From Mesotaenium endlicherianum (lineage: Eukaryota): a DNA stretch of 20,000 nucleotides. Below are positions 1 through 10,700 of this stretch, piece by piece; positions within the stretch are counted from its first letter, which is position 1, and the number at the start of each line of letters is the position of its first letter. The translations under genes and the position numbers were made by a program. The stretch lies in the NCBI GenBank assembly GCA_009602735.1, contig WELA01003053.1, positions 100,628 through 120,627 of the forward strand, written 5' to 3'. The notes under the pieces are model-generated. The model made no database searches, was not told the DNA's origin, and saw nothing but the letters and a program-made list of their open reading frames with translations.

Positions 1-48
1 GCATTACACATGTACTAAGGTTTGTCTTCCAATGAATGTCGCGTGCAT

Positions 49-312
49 ATGTTTGGGATATTCCTGCTTTTTGGCGGCTTCGTGCTCATCATGACTGTCT
101 TCGTCCACCTCATGCTGCCCAAGACCAAGGGAGTGCCCCTGGCGGAAATGTCCGACATCTGGCGAACCCACTGGTTTTGGGCCACGACCGCCGCTGGCAT
201 GTCTGCTGCAGCCGACCACGACGTGGAGCTGAGGACAGGTGCTGGTGCAGGTGCCCGTGCAGTAGCTGCCCCAGCGGAGCCTGCGCCACCTGTCGCTGTT
301 GCGGGCCGCTAG
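49..312 (+). CDS. 3'-terminal coding part of an MFS sugar transporter (plant STP / algal HUP hexose-H+ symporter family), possibly a pseudogene
   Basis: MFGIFLLFGGFVLIMTVFVHLMLPKTKGVPLAEMSDIWRTHWFW matches the STP last TM helix and C-terminal motif (FGIFxFF...FLPETKGVPIEEM...W..HWFW). Stop TAG at 310-312. In-frame TAA at 16-18, so the 5' boundary is uncertain. Confidence 0.8.
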   Translation: MFGIFLLFGGFVLIMTVFVHLMLPKTKGVPLAEMSDIWRTHWFWATTAAGMSAAADHDVELRTGAGAGARAVAAPAEPAPPVAVAGR

Positions 313-1241
313 AAGAGCCTTTGCTGCATTTGCAGCTAAGTTATGGAGTGTGTGCACGTGCATGTGGTCCAGATTCTATAGAGCTGGTTAGGATACCGAG
401 GTGAGGTAATATGAATGGTGATTGAGGTTAGGATCAGTGATGTAGGATTGAGTATACATCATGCAAGGTACTTGGAGGTGGTAATATATAGGCTCAGGTA
501 GCCATTGACCAGATTGGTTCCAAGGTTTGGTGTGGTAGTCAAGCAACTTCATAAGGAGTGAGGCGATTGAAGATAGCCGAGCTCCATGCACTCAAAATCA
601 ATGAGACTCGTTGTGAAAAGGGCTGTCGCCTCCAGGTGGTACAAGGTAGTGATAGGGACGGTTGGTTGTCACACCACTAGTCAGTAATTGGGCTAGTTAC
701 TGGCGCTGCTTGCGCTCAGTAAGTAGCTCAAATAATACTTTTCTGGAATGTGTTGCTTTGACTATCAATAAAGCAGAAGTCAGCAAACATGTTATTCATG
801 GAAGGTTGCAAGTGCTTCGACGTAACACAGCACAATATATTGTGCACGAAAAGACATGGATGCGAATCAGAATGAGAATCTTACATCAGTTTGCAGACAT
901 CTTGCGCTCATCTTATGTATGGCCTGCGGGCTGCAATAAATTTAGAATCTGGACCAAGCTGGTTGAAAAATATGGTCGTATACTCTTAGCAGCAAGTCCA
1001 GCACGAACATTTCTAGTGATGCTTGCGTATGCCTTAGCCTGGCGTGTATGTGTGCAATTGTTTGAAGGGACGGGACCTTGGAACTTACCTTGGAAAAGTT
1101 CAAAATTATGGCCTGTGAGCTGCAGTAAGAGTCTGGAGCTACTTAGACGTTTTATACCAAAGAAGTTAGAACCATCTCCAAGTAACTAAGAGCTTAACAT
1201 AGCGTTCCCCACCCTCAAACTAGTGTCAGCCTCCGGAGCGC

Positions 1242-1457
1242 CTACGACGCCGCAGCGCTCGCCTTCTTCTTGCAGCCGTACCGGTTGCCCCGCCAGCTCT
1301 CCTTCTTCTTGGGCTTCTTAACCACCGGCTCTGCGGGCGGCCTCTCGAACTTGGGGACGACCTGCGTGCCCTGCGCCAGGCTGCTGCCGTCCCAGCGCCG
1401 CAGCAGCGCCATGAAGGCGTCGTGCTGCACGGCCCCCTTGAGGAACTGCATGTTGGG
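1242..1457 (-). CDS. Terminal exon [24 protein letters not shown]...[25 protein letters not shown]
   Basis: Acceptor gtgagcAG, phase 0, high GC3 codon bias, stop TAG at 1242-1244. Confidence 0.75.
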   Translation of the reverse strand, partial: PNMQFLKGAVQHDAFMALLRRWDGSSLAQGTQVVPKFERPPAEPVVKKPKKKESWRGNRYGCKKKASAAAS

Positions 1458-4400
1458 CTGCTCACGCAAGCAGCCCCAGAGTGCACACACGCCACCCAGT
1501 CATGTTGCCGACAACTAATAAATGTGCTTTTTGACACAAAACAGTCCAAGCCCCAGGGAGCACGTTGTGCAGGGCAAACTTGGATTCTCAGAAGAAGTGC
1601 GTTTAGTGGCAGCCAATCAAGTCTTTCAAACAATTGGTGCCTACTACAAAATCCAGGTGTCGCGCTCGAGCCCACAGTTAGCTGCTGCTAGGTTGGGTGC
1701 AAAGGGGATGGGACAACGGGTCGACGTCGGCGCGCGTGTGCCAACGTGTTGACGCGATGTGAAAAAGCATGGCAGCCTCGTATGAAGAGGAGAGGCCATC
1801 CTGGGCAGCACCGCTGGCCTCCACAATTCACAAAACTATGCTGCTCGTTCATGCTCCTCTCAGAGGTCCTGCTGAAGGGCACCGTGGCGCACAGCAGCAG
1901 CAGTGCCCCATGAGAAGAACGCCTTCCTGGCACCTCCGATCACTTACGGTTGCCCTTTCAAGTTCCGCAAGAAACAGCGCAGAAGAAGCAAAGGGCAAGG
2001 GGCAGCGCTGCCGCCCCGGGCAAGGGAGGGCAGGCAGCAAGCGGGGCAGCGCAAGCGCACGACTCACCCGCGGCGCCTGCGGCGTGTGGAGGCGGAACTG
2101 GCAGCGGTGCGCGTGCAGCAGCTCCAGCTCGTAGCCCGACACCTGTGAGCACAGCAGGAGGCGAGGAGGCTAAAGTCAGGCCCGGGCGCGAAAGCAAGCA
2201 CGCCCACGCCCGCACAGAGAGCGCCATTCACTAAACCAAAGGCTGGTTCAACACAGGCCTCCTGCCAGGCTGGCACGCGATGGACTGTGGCTTCCCCTCT
2301 CTCTGGCACGCGCTAACACTGCTGCTGAATGGTACTGTGCGGGGAACAGGTAGCATCTCAGAGAACGGCAAGGAGATCGTGTGAAATCTTGACGCTTGCT
2401 ACGGGGTTTGTAGCACTCACCCATGCAAGCACACACGTGTTGTGAAGAGAAGGAGGAGAGGAGAGGGAAGAAGCACCGATGAGTGAGAGAGATAGATAGA
2501 AAAAATGCTTATTGAAGGGCGAAAGGGCATGCTCGCGTTAGGAGGCAGATGTGAGAAAGGAGAGGAAGAGAGGGAGAGAGAACGCACGGAGGCGAGCATG
2601 TGGAGCACGCTCTCCGGGCGCAGGGTGCCGGCGGCGGGGTCGTGCACGCCCGCAAATCTCAGCACCACCACGTTCTGCGCGCCCTCCGGGGGCTGCCAGC
2701 TGGCCTGCATGACAGCTGGCAGCGGCGCGTCGCCGGCGTATATGCTCAGCTCCAGCAGCTGCTTCCTCAAATCCACCACCTGCGGCAGCAGCCCAACAGC
2801 AGCAGCAGCAGAGAGGCGAGAGGGCAAGAAGAGCACACACGCCAGGCGGTGACGGTCAATTCAGGTTGTCAACTCTGGCAGTCAAATCCCAGGTCAACTC
2901 GGAAGGCAGATCAACTCTCCCAACTGCGAGACTGAGTGCCGCCGTGTGCCTGGCACCTTGAGGTCTGCTTACCGAAGCCAATAGCGGACAGCGCAGGCAG
3001 CAGCCGAGGATGCCAGGGCAATTAGTGCATGGGCGACGCCCGACTGCAGGCTGGAGAAACTGCAGCAGAGGGGGGGGCTGCAGGAATAAGATGGAGAGGC
3101 GTGCGTGCGTGAGAGCACCCCTGCCCACCTTGTCGCGTTTGTCGCCCGCCTTGGCCGCCCGGGAGATCTCAAAGCTCGGCATGTTCATGATTTGCGCCGC
3201 CCACTCGCGCCACTGCCGCTCGCTCACTGCCAGTGGCGGCTGCTGCTGCTGCTGCTGCTGCACTTGAGCCCCTTCTCCCTCTGGCCCTGGCCCTGCCCCC
3301 ACCTTCGCCTCCTCCTCCGTCTCTATAGGCAGCACCTCCGCCGCGACGACATACTCCGCCGCATAGAGCAGCTGCAGCCGTGGCAGAGGCAGTGAGACCC
3401 CCAGCCAACCAGGCACCCCCCCCACCAGGCAGCGGCCGCAGCATGTCAGTGGGGGGCGCACACTGATGGCCATCGTCCTTCAATTGTGGGCAACCTCTCC
3501 ACTCTCCGCAGGTGCTCTTCTAGGATGAGCACGAGCGCAAGCAAGTACCACGACACTCATGCACCTGCTGACTCGAGGGGAAAAGGGCATATAGTGAAGA
3601 GCTAAAAGAACAAACACGGCAGGAGGACCGTGCGGAGCTAGTGGGAGCGTGGCAAGAGAGTGCGATAGTGAGAGAGAGGGAGAGGGAAGGGCAAGCGGCT
3701 GGCTGTTCCAGCCCACCTGGTTGATGGTCTCGGAGAGGCGGCCGTTGAGGTACTTGACGGGCACCTCGTGCGCGTCCAGCACCCGCACCTCCGCTGGCAG
3801 CTGTCTCCCCCCCCCAGCCCAACACGCACACATAGCACCCACCCACATGTGCACACATGCGCGTGCAGACAAGCACATGCACGCGTACCCACACCCACAC
3901 ACACAGCTTGTGAGACCGGGATCCTCCTGGGAGTTGGTGGGAGGCAGCCACCGGCTGGGCCAGCAGACCGCCAGCTGTACTGCCTACCAAGTCACAGCTG
4001 TACGTGCTTCAGCTACGCAGCTGCCAGCTGAACCCAGCAGCCCGAGGGCAACAAGGCAGCCGAAAAGGGTGGAGCTCTCCACGGGTAAGAGTAACCTTCG
4101 TCTTAGAGAATATCACAAGCAGCCCCCACTACTGCCTCTGGATCCTGGAACCGCGGCAGACACAATTGCCTCACATGCTTGATCGAAGGAGAAAGAGGCG
4201 ACGACGGGGCAGCCTGGCCCGGGGGGGGTAGCCAAAACACCCCCCTCGTCAGCCGGCAGACATTGACAAAGGCTCCCGTACATAGAGAGAGGCGAGAGGG
4301 AGCTTGCCCTACAAGAGGAACCAGCCTTCTGGCCATATGATGCGACAGGAGACAACCAAGCAGGCTCTCTCCTCTCCACACAAGCTACCCTCACCAGCCA

Positions 4401-4640
4401 CCTTCAGTTGTCTGCTTGCCTCAGCTCAGAGGAGGTGCCAGGTGGCAAGGCGGCCCAGGGAGGAAGAAGCAAGGCGGGCACGCACCTGGTTTTGCAGCTT
4501 GCGACGGAAGACGTCCACGGGCATTCTCTCCGTGAGGTCTATGTCCACCAGCTGCCCGTTGCTTCCCCACCCCCCCAACGCGCGCGGGCACGCACACACA
4601 CACACACATACACACACACGCACACATACACACACACACG

Positions 4641-4705
<65 letters not shown>

Positions 4706-7700
4706 GGGCGCACGCGCACACACAAAAGTTCAGTCACATACACACGCTTGCTGAACCTCTTTTTTGCTACAGTACATGTTTGTCCTCACATTGTCTTTAA
4801 ATCCTCAAAGAATCACAAGCAGAGACGCTTATTCTGGTTGAAGATACCAACAATGGTTGCCAAGTAACAAGCACACCGCGTGAGCCAGTCAGCGCGACCC
4901 AGACGCAAGCGAAAGAGCGTCACCTTTCGCAACCCACCAGTGCCTGCAAGCATGCAAAGCGATGAGACACGCGCGTCTGCCACAAGCAGGGGCCCACTTC
5001 TACCTTGTACGTTACTCCACACACGCACACACATGCACGCACACGCACATGCACACAGAGACGCGCGCGCTCGTGGGCTGCGAGGGGGCGCACACCCACC
5101 TCACTGGAGCTGCTGTAGCCCAGGGGCAGCGGCGGGGCTGTCGAGATCCGCGGCATCGAGTGGAACCTGCTCACGCGCGCCCACCCCCCATTCCCCACCC
5201 CTCAACGAGTGCCGTCAGAAGAAGAGCCGGAGAGATGCCAACGGCGTTGGCATGGCAAAAGCCTGAAGGGAAAGATGCGTTGACCTCTCTCTTTCACCCT
5301 CTCTATGTTGGGCAAGCATACGTGAGAGGGAGCAAGGAAGAGGGGGGGAGCTCAGCAGAGAGAGAGGGACAGAGGCATATAACAGCTCAAAAAGTTACGC
5401 AGCACCCACCGGAACAATGATGAAATATTGGATGTGAGGCTTTGCGTGAATTTGGGCGGACTGGAGGCGTGGCAGTCACACGTGGAACAGACAGAGGCCA
5501 AAGTGAAAACCGAAACCGGATCTGAGGCCGGCGCCGGAGCTGGCGCCGGGGCTGGAGTGTCAAAAGAGCCTAGGGACAACACAGCAGGGGGGAGAATTCA
5601 GAAAGGTAGGTAGCTAGGTGTGGAGTGAAAGAGATGGGGTGCACAGGACCAGCAGCAGCAGCAGCAGCAGGAGGGGGGAGGTGAGAAGGGCGAGGGGGTG
5701 AGGGAGTGAGGGGGGAGGGGGGCACACCCGCCGTCGAAGCTGACGGGGACGGCGGCGCGGCGCAGCGCGCGCGTGAGCAGGCGCACCACGTCCAGGTGCC
5801 CGATCAGCACCATGCTGCCCTGCTTTGAGTACCGCACTCGTATTTTCTGCACCACGTGCACGCCCACAATCCCACCCGCACGCGCACACCCACCCACCCA
5901 CTCGTGCACACACGAGTATATGTGCTCGCGGTTGTCAATCACCTTGCATTTTCTCTCTGTCCTTCCCTCCCCTTTGCTCGCCCAAGAGGGAGACAGCTGT
6001 TCATGCAGCCTGGGGTCCACAACGAGCAGGCGGAGGAGGATACTCAATCAATGTGTTGGATGCTTTGGCAGATTCAAATGCGACTGTTGCAGCACAGCAA
6101 GTGAGACAGGCAGGGCCAACGCTCCCTGAGCGACTGACTTCCTACAGAAGCAGCAGCACTTCGTGCCTGCCTCTCAATTGTCCTGAATTGTCCCACAGAG
6201 AAGGACAGACAAGCGAGGCCTTTTGTGGGAGGCATGCGTGGTGGAGGAGGCAGGAGAGGGCGGCACCTGTTCCCTGCGCATGTCGGGACTGAAGTGGCCC
6301 TCGAAGGGCGGCACCTCCGGGATCTCCGCCACCACTGCTTCCCCCCGCCCCCCCTTCCCCACCACAGCCACACCCCCACCCCCACCGCCACACCACCCCC
6401 ATCCCCACCCAGGCCCCCATGAATGCGGCCCTCAAGCACCCCAGTCGGCTATGTGCCCTCTCAGGCACATTGCACTCCTCCTGCGTGCTCGTTCAACTTA
6501 ACGTCACATGCAAAGACCCAAACAGACGCACGCACGCGCGAGCGCGCACATGTACACTGGCCGCAGCCCGTGGGCACCGATGACACTGGCTCTGCTCTTT
6601 TCCCTGCATCCGCACGAGTGCCTCGTGCGCTTGGCCGAACCAGAAAGGACTCAGGCGCAAGCGTGAGAGCGCCGGAGAAAGCTTCCACGTCTCGTCTCCG
6701 CTCCTCCTGGCGGTGGCCTGTCTGTCAGCTTGCTTGGGCAGGACAAGGAAGGAGAGGAAAGAAGGAAGGGCACAGAGAGAGCCGTGCAGGCGGGAAAGGC
6801 AGGACAGGCACAGCCCTCCCCCATGGCCCCCCAGAGCTGCCGGGCATTGGAACTACTTACGTGCGTTTTACTCAGCCCAAAGCCCTTCTGCAGGGAGAGC
6901 GTGGGTGCCACAACAAGCTGCCAAGCCACCCAACAGGTTCACCAGAGGAGGGTGGTGAAGGGCGGGGTGGGGGGTGGGGGGTGGGGGTGGGGCTCAGGAG
7001 GAGGGAAGGAGGAAGAGGACAAGGGATGCGTACCGTTGTCACCGAAGTCGTCGCCGCACACGCCGCACTTGGAGCACACCCCGCTGCTCCCGCCGCCCCC
7101 ATGCACCCCCGCAACCCCAACAACAGTCAGCACCAGAAGGGACACACATGCCCACGCCTCAGTCCTGCTGGCATGTTGCTGCGCATCTACCTGCTCGCCC
7201 CCCCTAGCAACCCGCTGCGCGCCGGCTAAAGTGGCAGCAGCGACACCCACAGACACACACACACACACACACACTTTCACGTGTGCGTGCTTGTGTGCCC
7301 CAAGGAATCTGATTCGAATTTGAATTCACAACTCTTGTGCATGTGAATGCCCGCAGGGCGAGTTGATGGTGCGCGCAACAAGGCGAGAAAAACAAGGAGC
7401 AGAGCAAGAGAAGAAGGGCAGAGGGCCCCCATGCAAGGCAGGCAAAGGGGGGCAGAGGGGCAGAGGGGCAGAGGCGCACGTGCACACCTGTGGGAGCAGT
7501 CGGGCACCGTGGACGCCTCCAGCGCGCGCTGCAGGTCCGCCTTGAGCCACCACTTGGCGATGCCCGTCTGCATCCCCCCCCCCCCCCTCCAACTCTACTC
7601 GTGTGTCAGCACTGCGTCTTGCCCCTGCCCCTGCTTCTCTTGCTGCCGGTACTGCTGCTCCTCTCCTACTCTACTCGCAGTGGTGCCCCTCGGCTGGCTG

Positions 7701-10700
7701 GGGCTTCAGGCTCGTCGCGGAAGTCAGCAGCAGGTGAGGGGAGGGCGAGGGCACAGAGTGAGTGGGTAGGGCAGGGAGCGCAGGCTACGCTTGAGCATGA
7801 GGCGCGGATGCGGCGGAAGCGGAAACTGAGGTGGGGACGAGAGAGGACCGGCTATAGGGGTTGTTGGAAGGGGGGTGCTGGATGGGCCCAGCAGAGACCA
7901 GCGGGTGCGCAGAACTGACTCGAACAAGAGCAAGAATGAGAGGGGCAGGGAGTGTGGGAGGGGAAATTGGGGAGAGAGAAGATGGGAGAGCCTGACGAGG
8001 GCAGGGAGGAGGCGGAAGGGAAAGAAAGGCCCAGGAGGGAGAGGGGGGGGGGAGGGGGTTTGCGGCTACGCCCCAAGACAGAGATGCTTCGAGAGGAGTT
8101 CAGGGAAGAGAGCTCAGCACAGATTAGCGAATGGAAACAAGATGCAGACAGGGACCTGGAGTCTTGAAGAGAGCCCTGGGAGGGGAGAGCTTCAACGAAA
8201 GGGAAGGTTAGGAGAGAGGGGAGAGGAGGGGAGTGGAGGGCGGAGATGGGGGGGGCCGAGGGGAAGGGATAAGAAGGGAGAGGAGGGAAACGCACGTCCA
8301 CGATGTCCCAGGGGAGTGGGGCATCCAAGCGGGCGTCTGCCAGCGGGCCGCGGTCGATGCGGCCCTTGCCGCCCGCGCCCTGCCCCCGGAATCGCGCGTC
8401 GCCCAAGTGCTCCATGACGTCCCACTCCCCCACCACCACCTGTCGCCGCCACAGCGTAGCACAACGCACGCGCTCTCTCTCCCCACACACCACGTCAGCA
8501 AGGCAGTGGCAGCCCAGGTGTCCGTCGCTGAGCTCATGAGCTTCACCAGCTGTCGCATGCTCAAGCCCCGCACACACACTCACACACGCACACGCACACA
8601 CACATGCACATACACGCCCACGCACTCAGAGAGCTGGCACGGCACATTGAACAGGGGTGCCAGGTGTCCAGGCGGGGTGCGCTGAGCGGTCAATCTGCAC
8701 TCCAGCCATGCACACAAGCGTACTCAGATAGCAAACACCACCACGGCGGTGCTTGCCAGGTGTCGGGCGCAGGTGATGGGGCTGACCTGGCGGTACTTCC
8801 AGCCAAGGCCCACCTCCTCGATGGCCTGGGACCACTTCTCAAAGCACGTGTCTGTGCTGCCCCACCTGTCATGCCAGCCCCCAAGCACCCGCCATGTGGC
8901 ACGTGCACTCTCCATTGCCATGATCAGCTTTCTAGGCAGCTCCTCCAAAGCCCCGAAAGCACGTGCCTGTCCTGTGCAGGATGTCGACCTCCCAGAGGCC
9001 GCCACATGGCACGCAGGCTCACAAGCTCACAAGCTCACACATGGCACTGCACGGCTCCCACATGTTTGAATACGCACGACTCTTGAGGGAACAGAGAGTA
9101 TTGTATGAGATCCTGAGAGCATGCGCGCTGGGCGAGGGGGGGCCTGGAAACGGTGGGATGGGATGGCATGGCAAGGCGTGTGAGGGATGGGTGAGCGCAG
9201 GCCCTGGGCCGTCGTTCCAGCACGCAGTCAAAGGGGCCTCTCACAATGCTATAGTTCCAATCCATCTCCGGCAGGTACCAGCACCTGCATTAGCAGGGCT
9301 AGCTGAGGGAGAAAGAGGAACAGAGAGAGAAAGGGCCGGGCCAAGGAGGGTACCAGGCATCGTTGGTGGCGCCGAGCTCCCACGCGCGCCGGATCACTTT
9401 CCCGATCGTGCGGTCCCCCCGCCCTATGAAGTCCTCCATGGCCGAGATCTGCCAATCGAGAAACCAAAAGAGCAGGCAACAGCAGATTGCAGGTGGCGGG
9501 CGCGTGAAGGCTAGCAACGGCCACAGAGAGACAGAGAGAGAGAAGCAGGGGGAAGAGGGAGATGCACGATGTGTAGAAATCACGACATAGACACATGCAT
9601 ATTTACTTACATTTATGTATGAGTTGACATCTTGCCTGTTACAAGCATATCGATGAATACTTGCACCAGATTCGAGTGCGCCTGGTGCCGGCCCAAGCAC
9701 GCCGGCACACTCAGTCCACATGCTCTGCCTGCCTGTCTGCCGTCCCGTCCGTCTGCCTGTCCGCTGCACTGTTCTGATGCACCTACTGTCTGCTGCTGCT
9801 GCCAGGACGGCAGCAGGCGGGTGACGCCCTTCCTCTGGCTCGTGGGAGTGCAGGTGCGTGGCGGTGAGCAAGCCAGCTAGCAAATGGTTGTCTGTGATTG
9901 AGTGACTGAATGCATGCTGATGCTGTGATTGCCAGCATTCCTCCTAACAGGGCTGGTGTGCCAATGGCACGGCACGCGTAGAGCTGAGTTGAAGTGCAAG
10001 ACCGAGCTTTGCCCCTGGCGTGCGAGAGGGTGTCTCGAGCTAGCCACACCCAGTGCCTTGCTCTCGCTGCCGTCTCCCAGAGGGAGCTTTGGTGGCGTTG
10101 GTGGCAGAGGAGCCGGTTGCAGAACATGAGGTTCAAAAGTGAAACTACTGAAAGCCCAAGGTGGGTGTGAAGGAGCGAGAGGAAAAGCAGAAGGGTGGGA
10201 AGAGAGAAGAGAGAGAGAAAGACGGAATAAAGAGGAGAGGAGACACGATGAGAGCGGAGGGACAGATAAAGGGCAAGGGAGAGGAGGGGGGAGGAGAGAA
10301 GGGAGGAGAGAGAGGAAGAAGTAGTAAGGCAGGGGAAACGAGAAGAGGAAAAAAGGAAGACGGCGAGACACAGGCGAGAGGGAAGAGGGCGAGGAGGAAG
10401 GTGAGGAGAGGGGGGGGAAGGCAGACGCACGCGGACGTCGCTGAAGTTGTACTTGATGTCCGTCATGCGCACAAACTCGCGCTTGAGCAGCTTCTGCTTG
10501 CGCTCAAACTCCGCCGTCGACACCGTGTGCCTGCCGCCCGCCCGCCCACCAGTGCACCACACAGAATCCTTAGGAAGGGAAGTTTGCCGCAACACATAAA
10601 GTGAGAAGCCTCTATCTGCGCGGGCAGGAGAAGCACCTTCTCAATGTGGTCCGAGAGAAAGACAATAATGCATGTGGGAGTTGCACGTGTGCGCAAGCGT

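Noticed and set aside
881..885. TGTAA (minus strand) as a chlorophyte-type poly(A) signal
   Set aside because: A single 5-mer about 360 nt past the stop is expected by chance; there is no transcript evidence.
662..1189. 175 aa plus-strand ORF as a gene
   Set aside because: Non-ATG start, codon usage unlike the host exons, and no recognisable motif.
4304..4867. HTHTHT / CVCVCV repeat ORFs
   Set aside because: Translations of an intronic (CA)n microsatellite; only 4486-4551 is coding.
7440..7475. Short tandem repeats (CAGAGGGG)x3, also (GCTCACAA)x3 near 9017-9040, as a CRISPR-like array
   Set aside because: No spacers and very short; ordinary slippage repeats.
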